A stretch of DNA of 64,000 bases from assembly GCA_046719055.1 (NCBI GenBank), contig JBDNDQ010000009.1:2542-66541 (forward strand). The letters run 5' to 3'. Below the pieces are notes generated by a model. That model did no database searches. It saw only the letters and a list, made by a program, of their open reading frames with translations, and was not told the origin of the DNA. Shown in pieces: positions 56,538 through 64,000 of this stretch. Position 1 is the first letter of the stretch; each line of letters starts with the position of its first letter. Origin of the DNA: Aggregatilineales bacterium. Its GTDB lineage: Bacteria; Chloroflexota; Anaerolineae; Aggregatilineales; UBA2796. A program made the position numbers and the translations under genes.

Positions 56538-58943
56538 ATGCTTAACGAGCAGATCAGCGTGCTCAGGGAGCAGAGCATACCGATGTACAGACTTTTCAGC
56601 AGGCGCCACAAGCCACATCAAGCATACGGCAAGTTCCAAAGTATCGGCCGAGTGCGTGACGCCGAGCTAGATTGGCAAGGCGTCCTTATCAAGGCTGAGG
56701 CAGGCTGCTTGCGTTTGGATATCATCGCGTCGGATTGTGTGTGCGTCCGTTTTTCGCCTGAAGGCGTTTTTCCGCTGCCACGCTCTTATGGCGTCCATAA
56801 AACGGATTGGCAAGCGCCTGAGTTTGAGCTGGAAGAGACGCCTGAGGTGCTTACGATTAAGGTGATCGGCGGCATGCTCTGCCTGATCCATCGTAGCGAT
56901 AGCCGCCTCACATTCCTGACGCCGTATGGTACACCCATCGGGCAGGAAGCCAAGCCGATCACATTCCGCCAAGGTGAGTTCAAGCTCTCACGCCTGCTGA
57001 GCCCCGATGCGCGCTGTTACGGGTTGGGCGCCCAAGCTCCACAGCTCAATCTGCGCGGCAAGCGCTACACGCTCTGGCAGAGCACCCCCGAACGAGACGT
57101 AGCGGCACTTTTGCCTTTCCTGATGATGGTGAGCGATCAGGCGGTAGATGCCATCTTCTGGGATAATTCCTCACGTGGCTATGTGGATGTTGGCCTAGCG
57201 AACCCACAACAGGTTGTTTTTAGCGGAAGCGCAGGCGAGTTACGCTACTATCAGTTCTGCGGCACGCCTGTGAGCATCTTGCAGCGCTACACCGAGCTGA
57301 TCGGGCGCCCGCCTTTGCCGCCGCTATGGGCGCTAGGTGCCCATATGCTGGCGCCACAGCCCACATCGGCTGAGTCGCTGCGCGCCTTCGCCACCGAATG
57401 CCGTGCACAGCAAATTCCGTGTGATGCCCTCGCGCTAGCGCCCGACTACATGGAAGGCGGACGACCGTTCACGTGGGATAACACACGCTTCCCCAAGCCA
57501 AGCGCACTCATCAGTGAGCTGGCGCGGCGCGGCTTCAAAGTACTCCTGCCTGTGACACCCGTTTCAAAGGAGATCAGCGCCGAAGTCGCCGTGAAATATC
57601 CTGACGGTCAGCCAGCCCGCTTGAAAACAGGGCATGGTCAGGCGTCTTTGATCGATCTGACAGACAATCGTGGGCGGATGTGGTGGTCAGAGCGCTACGC
57701 AGAGGTATTGCGATCGGGCATCAGCGGGCTGTGGCAGCCTGAGGGACTGCCAGCCTTGCCTGATTTTGCACAGTACTCCTGTGATGGCGTGCCGAGCAAC
57801 CATGTAACGGCGCACAATGTTTACACAGGCTGTCTGGCTTCTGCAGGGCAGGCAGCCCTTCTCGCGATGCAACCAGCTAGGCGTCCGCATGTGCTGACTC
57901 AAGCAGGGCAAGGCGGCGCCCAGCGGAGTGGGTGGGCTGGCATCGCGCTCAGTGAGCGCGCCGATTGGCATGCGCTGCGACGCTTGCTCAGCGCTATCTT
58001 GAACGCTGGGCTGAGCGGCATGGCGCTCAGTGGCGCCATGCCTAACTACACTCTCGAGGCTGACCCAGAGCTCTTTGTGCGCTGGCTTCAGTTGAGCGCT
58101 TTCTTGCCCTTGTGCAGCTTACCAAAACCTGCTCTAGCAGCACCGCTGTGGCGCGTTGAGCCAAAATTCGCAGTAATAGGGCGCCAGTACCTTAATTTGC
58201 GCTATCAATTATTGCCCTATCTGTATGCTGCAGCTGCCGATGCGGCTCAGCAAGGTATGCCAATGCTGCGCCCGCTGTGGCTTGAGGCGCCTAGAGAGTC
58301 CGCCCTCAGAGCCGTTGAGGATGTTTTCATGCTAGGTCGCTCGCTGCTGATCGCGCCAGTGCTAGAAAAAGGGGCAGCAGAGCGCATAGTGCCGCTGCCA
58401 GCGGGCAAATGGTACGACTTTTTCACTGCACAACCTTACACTGGCGGTCAGGTGGTGCGCCTTGCTGCGCCGCTAGAGCGAATGCCGATCTTAGTCCGCG
58501 CTGGACATGTGCTGCTGCTATGGGAAGCGCAGCAGTATGTTGGGCAAAAGCCGCCTGAGGAGCTTTTGCTACGCGTCTACGTTGGCAAGGCAGAAAGCAG
58601 CCTCTACGAGGATGAAGGCGAGGGTTTCACTCATCAGAGGGGCATCTATCGTTGGCTGTACTTTACCTGTCAGGTTGCGCCTAACGGCCATGTGACGCTG
58701 CATTGGCGACGTGTTGGCGAATACGGCGCGCCCTACCTGCGCTACCGCTTCGAGCTACACGGCATTCCAGATGAGCCCGATAGCATTTACCTAGATGACA
58801 CAGCCGCGCCTTTATGGTACTATGAAAAAGGCACAGTAGAATTTACTGTCACCCAGCCTTTCGAACGTGCACGAATCGAAATGCGCCAGCGCAGCGATCA
58901 ACGTGCCACATTGTTACGGTCGCCACTACGCGGCAAGGATTAG
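56538..58943 (+). CDS. glycoside hydrolase family 31-like protein with substituted catalytic motifs
   Basis: The GH31 hallmarks GRPPLPPLWALGAH, IPCDALALAPDYMEGGRPFTWD, HNVYTG and RRPHVLTQAG are collinear with GH31 enzymes. However, WiDMNEP is WQPEGLP, WtGDN is WAGIAL, and GaDIGGF is GAMPNYT. Confidence 0.85.
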   Translation: MLNEQISVLREQSIPMYRLFSRRHKPHQAYGKFQSIGRVRDAELDWQGVLIKAEAGCLRLDIIASDCVCVRFSPEGVFPLPRSYGVHKTDWQAPEFELEETPEVLTIKVIGGMLCLIHRSDSRLTFLTPYGTPIGQEAKPITFRQGEFKLSRLLSPDARCYGLGAQAPQLNLRGKRYTLWQSTPERDVAALLPFLMMVSDQAVDAIFWDNSSRGYVDVGLANPQQVVFSGSAGELRYYQFCGTPVSILQRYTELIGRPPLPPLWALGAHMLAPQPTSAESLRAFATECRAQQIPCDALALAPDYMEGGRPFTWDNTRFPKPSALISELARRGFKVLLPVTPVSKEISAEVAVKYPDGQPARLKTGHGQASLIDLTDNRGRMWWSERYAEVLRSGISGLWQPEGLPALPDFAQYSCDGVPSNHVTAHNVYTGCLASAGQAALLAMQPARRPHVLTQAGQGGAQRSGWAGIALSERADWHALRRLLSAILNAGLSGMALSGAMPNYTLEADPELFVRWLQLSAFLPLCSLPKPALAAPLWRVEPKFAVIGRQYLNLRYQLLPYLYAAAADAAQQGMPMLRPLWLEAPRESALRAVEDVFMLGRSLLIAPVLEKGAAERIVPLPAGKWYDFFTAQPYTGGQVVRLAAPLERMPILVRAGHVLLLWEAQQYVGQKPPEELLLRVYVGKAESSLYEDEGEGFTHQRGIYRWLYFTCQVAPNGHVTLHWRRVGEYGAPYLRYRFELHGIPDEPDSIYLDDTAAPLWYYEKGTVEFTVTQPFERARIEMRQRSDQRATLLRSPLRGKD

Positions 58944-58989
58944 AGGCACTTTCAAGTAAATCAAACTCACTTAATATGCAACTAACATA

Positions 58990-59019
58990 TTGACATAAAC
59001 CTTTGATGGTCTTTATAAT
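58990..59019 (+). promoter_or_regulatory. consensus sigma70 promoter upstream of DUF177-rpoD
   Basis: TTGACA (58990-58995), an 18-nt spacer, then TATAAT (59014-59019), within an AT-rich gap. Confidence 0.6.
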
Positions 59020-59046
59020 GAGAACAGACGTAATTTTCCAATTGTT

Positions 59047-59081
59047 CAGCCGCCACGCTTTCGCGGTGGTGGTTGTTTTTT
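59047..59081 (+). terminator. Rho-independent terminator-like hairpin between the promoter and the DUF177 start codon
   Basis: The 12-bp stem CAGCCGCCACGC / GCGGTGGTGGTTG (one bulged G, two G-U pairs) has loop TTTC and is followed by TTTTTT (59076-59081), 10 nt before GTG 59092. Confidence 0.7.
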
Positions 59082-59091
59082 AGGTAACCTC

Positions 59092-59634
59092 GTGAATACA
59101 TCTAACAACAGCTATGTGCCTGCTCGCGTGTTGAAGTTTCAGCTTGGCTTTTTGTTGGAAGGCACGCGAGGCCAAATTAGCGAGACCAAGCTGGATATAC
59201 CCCGCCTGCGCATAGCAGAAGACGTAACGGTGGACTTTTTGCGCGGCGTGCTGCGCTTCAGCCGTACTTCACGCGGCATTCTGGTGCAGGGCGTGCTGAG
59301 CACGATGATCTGGCTAGAGTGCAGACGCTGCCTCACAGAGGCGCCTGCCGCCCTGGAGATCACGCTCGAAGAACTCTACCTTTCACAGCCTAATTCCTTC
59401 GCGGAGTTCACCATCGGTGAAGATGGCGTGCTAGACCTCGCGCCTTTGCTGCGCCAAGAGATCATCCTAGAGACGCCGATCACCTTGCTGTGCAAGCCCA
59501 ACTGTCTTGGGTTGTGCCCAGAGTGTGGACAAAACTTGAACGAGGGGCTATGCAGCTGCCAAACAGAGGCGATCGACCCACGCCTAGCAGCCTTGAAGGC
59601 ACTGCGCGACAAGCTCTCTAAACCAAACGGATAG
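59092..59634 (+). CDS. DUF177 (YceD-like) protein
   Basis: 180 aa with the YceD-type Cys cluster ECRRCL ... [23 protein letters not shown] ... [10 protein letters not shown]. Confidence 0.85.
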   Translation: MNTSNNSYVPARVLKFQLGFLLEGTRGQISETKLDIPRLRIAEDVTVDFLRGVLRFSRTSRGILVQGVLSTMIWLECRRCLTEAPAALEITLEELYLSQPNSFAEFTIGEDGVLDLAPLLRQEIILETPITLLCKPNCLGLCPECGQNLNEGLCSCQTEAIDPRLAALKALRDKLSKPNG

Positions 59635-59675
59635 CCATTTGGTGGTATGCAAGCGGTGAAGGGGGAACTTACACT

Positions 59676-60824
59676 ATGCAGGACTTATCAAGTCAAGATG
59701 ACCGTCGCATTGACCTAGCCGAGCTTTTCGAAAGGGCTGAAGCACAAGGCTTTCTTACGCTTGAAGAAATTTATGAGTTCGCCAGCGAAGACGGCGATAG
59801 CCCAGCTGAACTGATCCCGCTTTTGCAGACGGCAGGCATAGAAATTTACAGCGAGACAACTTTTGATGAAGAGAGCAGCGATTTTGGGGAAGACGACGAA
59901 GCCTTGCCCGATCTGAGCGGCGTGCCGAGCGATGACAGCGTTGGGCTCTACTTAAAAGAGATGGCCTGCGTGCCGCTGCTCAGCCTTGAGGAAGAGATCG
60001 CTATCGCGGAGCGCATCCTAGCCGGCAATATTGCCAGCCAGGCATTCGCCTCTGCTGAAGGCGAGGAGCGCGAGCGCCTGGCCGCCATTATCGAGGAGGG
60101 ACGCCTCGCCCGCGATCACATTATCCGCGCCAACACACGTCTTGTGGTCAGCATCGCCAAGCGTTACATGGGGCGTGGCGTGCCCTTTCTCGACCTGATC
60201 CAAGAAGGCAATCTTGGCCTGATCAAAGCGGTGGAAAAGTTTGATCACAGGCGTGGCTATCGCTTCAGCACCTATGCCACATGGTGGATTCGCCAGACAA
60301 TCACACGCGCCATCGCCGATCAAGGGCGCACAATCCGTGTGCCTGTGCATATGTCCGATCGCATCCGCAACATCTACCGCGCTGTGCGCCAATTGGAGCA
60401 AGAGTTAGGTCGTAAGCCCACCACTGAAGAGCTCGCCCTACACCTGAATCTCGACTCCCGCAAGGTAGAGTGGTTGCTGAGAGTCAGTTGGCGCCCGATC
60501 AGCCTAGAGCGTCCAGTTGGCGAAGAAGAAGATAGCGAACTAGGTAGTTTCCTTGAAGATGAGAGCGCTCCTACGCCGACCCAGAGCGCCTACCAGAACC
60601 TGCTGCGCGAAAAGCTGGAAGAGGTGCTCAATACACTCACTCCGCGCGAGGCGCGCATCTTGCGCCTGCGTTTTGGCTTGCACAACGGCGAGCAATATAC
60701 GCTCGAAGAGGTCGGGCAGAAGTTCGGCTTGACACGTGAGCGCATCCGCCAAATTGAGGGTAGGGCGCTGCGGCGCCTGCGCCATCCGCGCCGCTCGCGC
60801 CACCTGCGCGACTTTCTACAGTAG
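59676..60824 (+). CDS. rpoD: primary-type RNA polymerase sigma factor (RpoD/SigA)
   Basis: Region 1.2 is [10 protein letters not shown]; region 2 is [48 protein letters not shown]; region 4.2 is [30 protein letters not shown]. Confidence 0.97.
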   Translation: MQDLSSQDDRRIDLAELFERAEAQGFLTLEEIYEFASEDGDSPAELIPLLQTAGIEIYSETTFDEESSDFGEDDEALPDLSGVPSDDSVGLYLKEMACVPLLSLEEEIAIAERILAGNIASQAFASAEGEERERLAAIIEEGRLARDHIIRANTRLVVSIAKRYMGRGVPFLDLIQEGNLGLIKAVEKFDHRRGYRFSTYATWWIRQTITRAIADQGRTIRVPVHMSDRIRNIYRAVRQLEQELGRKPTTEELALHLNLDSRKVEWLLRVSWRPISLERPVGEEEDSELGSFLEDESAPTPTQSAYQNLLREKLEEVLNTLTPREARILRLRFGLHNGEQYTLEEVGQKFGLTRERIRQIEGRALRRLRHPRRSRHLRDFLQ

Positions 60825-61050
60825 TAGGGGCAGCCGCGCACGCCTGTATTTGAGGGTGGAGTGTACAAGACAAGACAGCTCGCCGTACAGTTGTGCCGTT
60901 CCACGCACTGAGCAAACTGTTTCAATTGAGACACTCCCTTAGCAGCGCTTGATCGCTAACTCGGCCGCTTTGCCCGTCGACTATTCTTACACGTCTACCC
61001 GTGCTATACTCCTCGGTTGGAGCGCTTCTCTCTTCGTAGATAGGTTCACC

Positions 61051-61959
61051 ATGAGACACTTCCTAGATATTGCGGATTGGTCGGCGCCCGAGATGGAGGC
61101 GCTGCTCAATCAGGCAGTTTACTTGAAACTAGAGTGGCAAAGTGGGGGCAATCGCCCTGTGCTGGGCGGCAAGATTCTGGCCATGATCTTTCAGAAGCCG
61201 TCGCTGCGCACGCGCGTCAGCTTTCAGGTGGCGATGAAGCACTTAGGTGGCGATGCGATCTACCTCAGCCCCGACGAGATTGGCTTGGGCAAGCGTGAGA
61301 GCATCGCGGACGTGGCGCGCGTGTTGAGTGGCTACGCGCAGGGCATCCTGGCGCGCGTTTTCGCCCATGCGCACCTGCTAGAGCTGGCCAAGTGGGCCAG
61401 CGTGCCCGTCATCAACGGCCTGAGCGATGACAGCCACCCCTGCCAAGTCTTCGCCGATATGCTGACGCTCTACGAACATTTTGGTGCGCTGCGCGGCTTG
61501 AAAATTGCGTACGTGGGCGACTCGAACAACGTCACTTTCTCGCTGGGCGAGGCAGCAGCGCGCTACGGCGTCGAGCTGCGCGTGGCAAGCCCAGCGGGCT
61601 ATCAGCTGAGCGAGGCGCAAGTCAAACATCTGCGCGAGATGGGCTTAGCTCTCACCTTAACCGACGATCCGTGTGCAGCCGTCGAGGGCGCTGATTGCAT
61701 TTACACGGATACATGGACAAGCATGGGGCAAGAGGCAGAGGCAGAAGTACGGCGACAGATCTTCCCACCCTACCAAGTCAATGCAAACTTAGTGCGCCTT
61801 GCCGCGAAGCACGTTGTGATCATGCACTGCCTGCCGGCCCATCGCGGCGAGGAGATCACGGATGAGGTTGCTGATGGTGCACATTCGCTAATCTTTCAAC
61901 AAGCGGCTAATCGGTTACACGCACAGAAAGCTATCTTGGTACGTTTGTTGAGCAGTTGA
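61051..61959 (+). CDS. argF: ornithine carbamoyltransferase
   Basis: [23 protein letters not shown] (OTCase-specific) and [11 protein letters not shown] are present. 302 aa from ATG 61051. The ORF-track start 60949 adds a non-homologous leader. Confidence 0.95.
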   Translation: MRHFLDIADWSAPEMEALLNQAVYLKLEWQSGGNRPVLGGKILAMIFQKPSLRTRVSFQVAMKHLGGDAIYLSPDEIGLGKRESIADVARVLSGYAQGILARVFAHAHLLELAKWASVPVINGLSDDSHPCQVFADMLTLYEHFGALRGLKIAYVGDSNNVTFSLGEAAARYGVELRVASPAGYQLSEAQVKHLREMGLALTLTDDPCAAVEGADCIYTDTWTSMGQEAEAEVRRQIFPPYQVNANLVRLAAKHVVIMHCLPAHRGEEITDEVADGAHSLIFQQAANRLHAQKAILVRLLSS

Positions 61960-61994
61960 GATGAGATAGGTATGCCTGAGAGTGAGAGGATCGG

Positions 61995-64000
61995 ATGGGC
62001 GGAGCGATGGCATCGAAACAAGAGACGTATGAGTACTATCTGAATTTAGGTCATAGCCTTGCATGGGATCAGGAGTGGGATAAGGCGGTCAATGCCTATG
62101 CGCGCGCCCTGCAAGAGTGCCCTGAAGAGCCTGATCCGTATAAATATCTCGGCTTAGCGTTGATGCACACCAAGCGCTACCACGACGCGCTGAAAGTGCT
62201 GATGAAAGGGCACAAAATCGCGCCAGATGATCCCGTCCCGCTGGAGCGCAGCGCCGATGTGCTAGAGCGGCTGGGGCGCCTAAAAGAAGCGGCTACACAG
62301 TATGTGAGCGTAGCAGAAATTTACCTTGCTCAACGCGATATCGAGAAGGCGATCGGCAACTACGAGCGCGCCACAATGCTAACGCCCGGTCTGCTGCAGA
62401 TCCACTTCCGTCTTGCCCAGCTTTATGAGCGCACAGGGCGCAAGCGTGCCGCCGTCTTGCAATATCTCACGCTCGCCTTCAACTTCCAGCGCAATAAGGA
62501 TCGTGAGCGCGCCATGCAAGCGATCGAGCGCGCGCTGCGGCTTGAGCCCAGCAACGTGCAAGTGCTGAACGCCAAACGCGCCATCGAGTCGGGCGAGTTG
62601 ATGGCTGTTCCGCAGCTGCAAGACGATCAGTCTAAAGCGAGCAAAGCGCCAGCCACTGTGCAGACGTCCGATGCCACACCCAATGAGGCGCCAGCCGCTT
62701 TCGCCGAGGCCAATGCCGCTGGGCCGCTAGGCGAGGCCACCGAAAAGGCTCTAGCACATCTCGCAGAGTACCTGTTAGAAGGCGGCTTAACAATGGCGGA
62801 GGCCCAAGCTATTCAGGGCATCGAGCTGCAGAAAATCGGCGAGAACGTACAGGCCGTGCAAGCTTTCCAGTCTGCCGAGAAGCAAGGCATTCGGCATCCT
62901 GCCTTATACGTATGCTTGGGCTCACTCTTTGTGGCGCTTGGGCAATGGCAGAACGCACTGCAATATCTTGGGCGTGTGCAGGATGCCGTCTACGCAGCCG
63001 GCGTAGCACACGGTATGGGGCAAGCCTACATGGGTATGGGGCAGGTGCGCCCAGCCGCCGAGCAGTTCGTCCGTGCTTTGCAGCTGGCTGACTTGCAGCT
63101 GGCGATCAACCCTGATGAGGCTAATCAGTTGGTAGCTGTTTATGATGAGCTGCTGGCTGCCACTAAGCAAATGCAGGACTACGACCTCGCCGAGACGTGT
63201 AACGAGTTCAACCGTTGGCTTTCGGGGGCCGATTGGAAAGTACGCATCCCTCAGACACGGCGCGCCATTGACGATCGTCTGCGCGGTGGCGGCAAGAACG
63301 AGTTGATCGACATTGTCAAAGATCCTTCTATCGTTGAGGCGCTAACGCGCGTAGACAACTATATCCGGCTCGGCTTGTATACCCTAGCTGCAGACGAGGC
63401 GATGCGGATTATCGAGCAGCAACCGACCTCGCTGCCTGCTCATCAGCGTGTGGCGCAGGTGCTGATGCAAGAGGGGCAGACTCAAGCAGCGATCACCAAG
63501 TATAATGTGGTCATTAACAGTTTTCTTGCCCGTGATGATCGCACTAGCGCCGCCATGATCCTCGATGAGGTTATCAAAGTGGCGCCGATGGATATCAACT
63601 TGCGCCTGAGCCTGATCGAACTGCTGGAGCGCGAGGGCGAAGAGGAGCGCCTGCTAGACGAATACATCGCATTGGCGAGTGCCTACTACCAGTTAGCGGA
63701 GATTGATCAAGCCCGCGACACCTACCTTGCCGCCAACCGCCTAGCGCAGCGTCTGAATGCGCCGCTCGAGAAGCGCGTCGAAATTCTGATGCGCCTCGCC
63801 GATATCCACATGACGCGCCTTGATTGGCGGCAGGCACAACGCACTTTTGAGCAGGTGCGCGACCTCGTGCCAGAGGATGACAAAGTGCGCCGTGAGCTGG
63901 TAGAAATTCACTTCAAGCTCGGCAATCCCATCGAGGCGATGCGCGAACTGGACAATCTCTTGCGCCTATATGCGCAGTCGCGGCGCGGCAGCATGATCCT
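61995..64000 (+). CDS. TPR-repeat protein, partial (runs off the right window edge)
   Basis: In my hand translation, the frame from ATG 61995 (GAGAGGA 4 nt upstream) stays open to position 64000: MGGAMASKQETYEYYLNLGHSLAWDQEWDKAVNAYARALQECPEEPDPYKYLGLALMHTKRYHDALKVL... Repeated 34-aa TPR-like units (W/Y..A...Y..AL...P) continue to the edge. It is not in the ORF track because no stop lies in the window. Confidence 0.8.
   Translation, partial: MGGAMASKQETYEYYLNLGHSLAWDQEWDKAVNAYARALQECPEEPDPYKYLGLALMHTKRYHDALKVLMKGHKIAPDDPVPLERSADVLERLGRLKEAATQYVSVAEIYLAQRDIEKAIGNYERATMLTPGLLQIHFRLAQLYERTGRKRAAVLQYLTLAFNFQRNKDRERAMQAIERALRLEPSNVQVLNAKRAIESGELMAVPQLQDDQSKASKAPATVQTSDATPNEAPAAFAEANAAGPLGEATEKALAHLAEYLLEGGLTMAEAQAIQGIELQKIGENVQAVQAFQSAEKQGIRHPALYVCLGSLFVALGQWQNALQYLGRVQDAVYAAGVAHGMGQAYMGMGQVRPAAEQFVRALQLADLQLAINPDEANQLVAVYDELLAATKQMQDYDLAETCNEFNRWLSGADWKVRIPQTRRAIDDRLRGGGKNELIDIVKDPSIVEALTRVDNYIRLGLYTLAADEAMRIIEQQPTSLPAHQRVAQVLMQEGQTQAAITKYNVVINSFLARDDRTSAAMILDEVIKVAPMDINLRLSLIELLEREGEEERLLDEYIALASAYYQLAEIDQARDTYLAANRLAQRLNAPLEKRVEILMRLADIHMTRLDWRQAQRTFEQVRDLVPEDDKVRRELVEIHFKLGNPIEAMRELDNLLRLYAQSRRGSMI

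Overview
GC-rich, gene-dense bacterial chromosomal window. I found no rRNA, CRISPR array, transposase, integrase or prophage signature. About 52 protein genes and one tRNA-Ala(CGC) are supportable. Several traits suggest a Chloroflexota-like or other Terrabacteria organism, but this is inference that cannot be verified here: frequent GTG/TTG starts with strong GGAGG-type RBSs, Thr/Pro-rich linkers, an EccC/WXG100 pair, an LprG-like/MFS operon, and a 1541-aa beta' subunit with large insertions. Gene order, left to right: two poorly supported hypotheticals; alpha/beta hydrolase; DUF1232; a pstS-pstC-pstA-pstB operon (minus strand) with long-form permeases and a fasciclin-PstS fusion; an LprG-like lipoprotein / MFS / triple-META operon; tRNA-Ala; fmt; an orphan solute-binding protein; a PBP1-type murein synthase followed by a minimal type VII secretion-like pair (WXG100-like + three-domain EccC-like ATPase); a peptide-type ABC binding protein plus two permeases; a response regulator-carbamate kinase-ThrC-family operon; a CHAT-TM-CARDB protein; aroA; a PspA-like protein; a Thr/Pro-rich lipoprotein; a Wzy_C/O-antigen-ligase-family protein; a 2-hydroxyacid dehydrogenase; a TgpA-like transglutaminase; nanE; a DoxX-like protein; a Tat-exported MBL hydrolase; tandem DUF35 genes; a stand-alone rpoC with a consensus promoter and structured leader; an sxtI/J/K-like carbamoyltransferase cluster; alpha/beta hydrolase + AI-2E transporter; a secreted repeat protein + OmpR/HK pair; a GH31-like protein lacking the catalytic acids; DUF177-rpoD; argF; and a partial TPR protein. 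Most notable: the minimal T7SS-like pair with an F-x-G variant WXG protein; the CHAT-TM-CARDB transmembrane caspase-like protein; the GH31 pseudo-enzyme candidate; the attenuator-like rpoC leader; the promoter-terminator leader before DUF177-rpoD; the sxtIJK-like triad; and the Wzy_C gene next to a Thr/Pro-rich lipoprotein. All family assignments come from motif recognition by eye, not from database searches.
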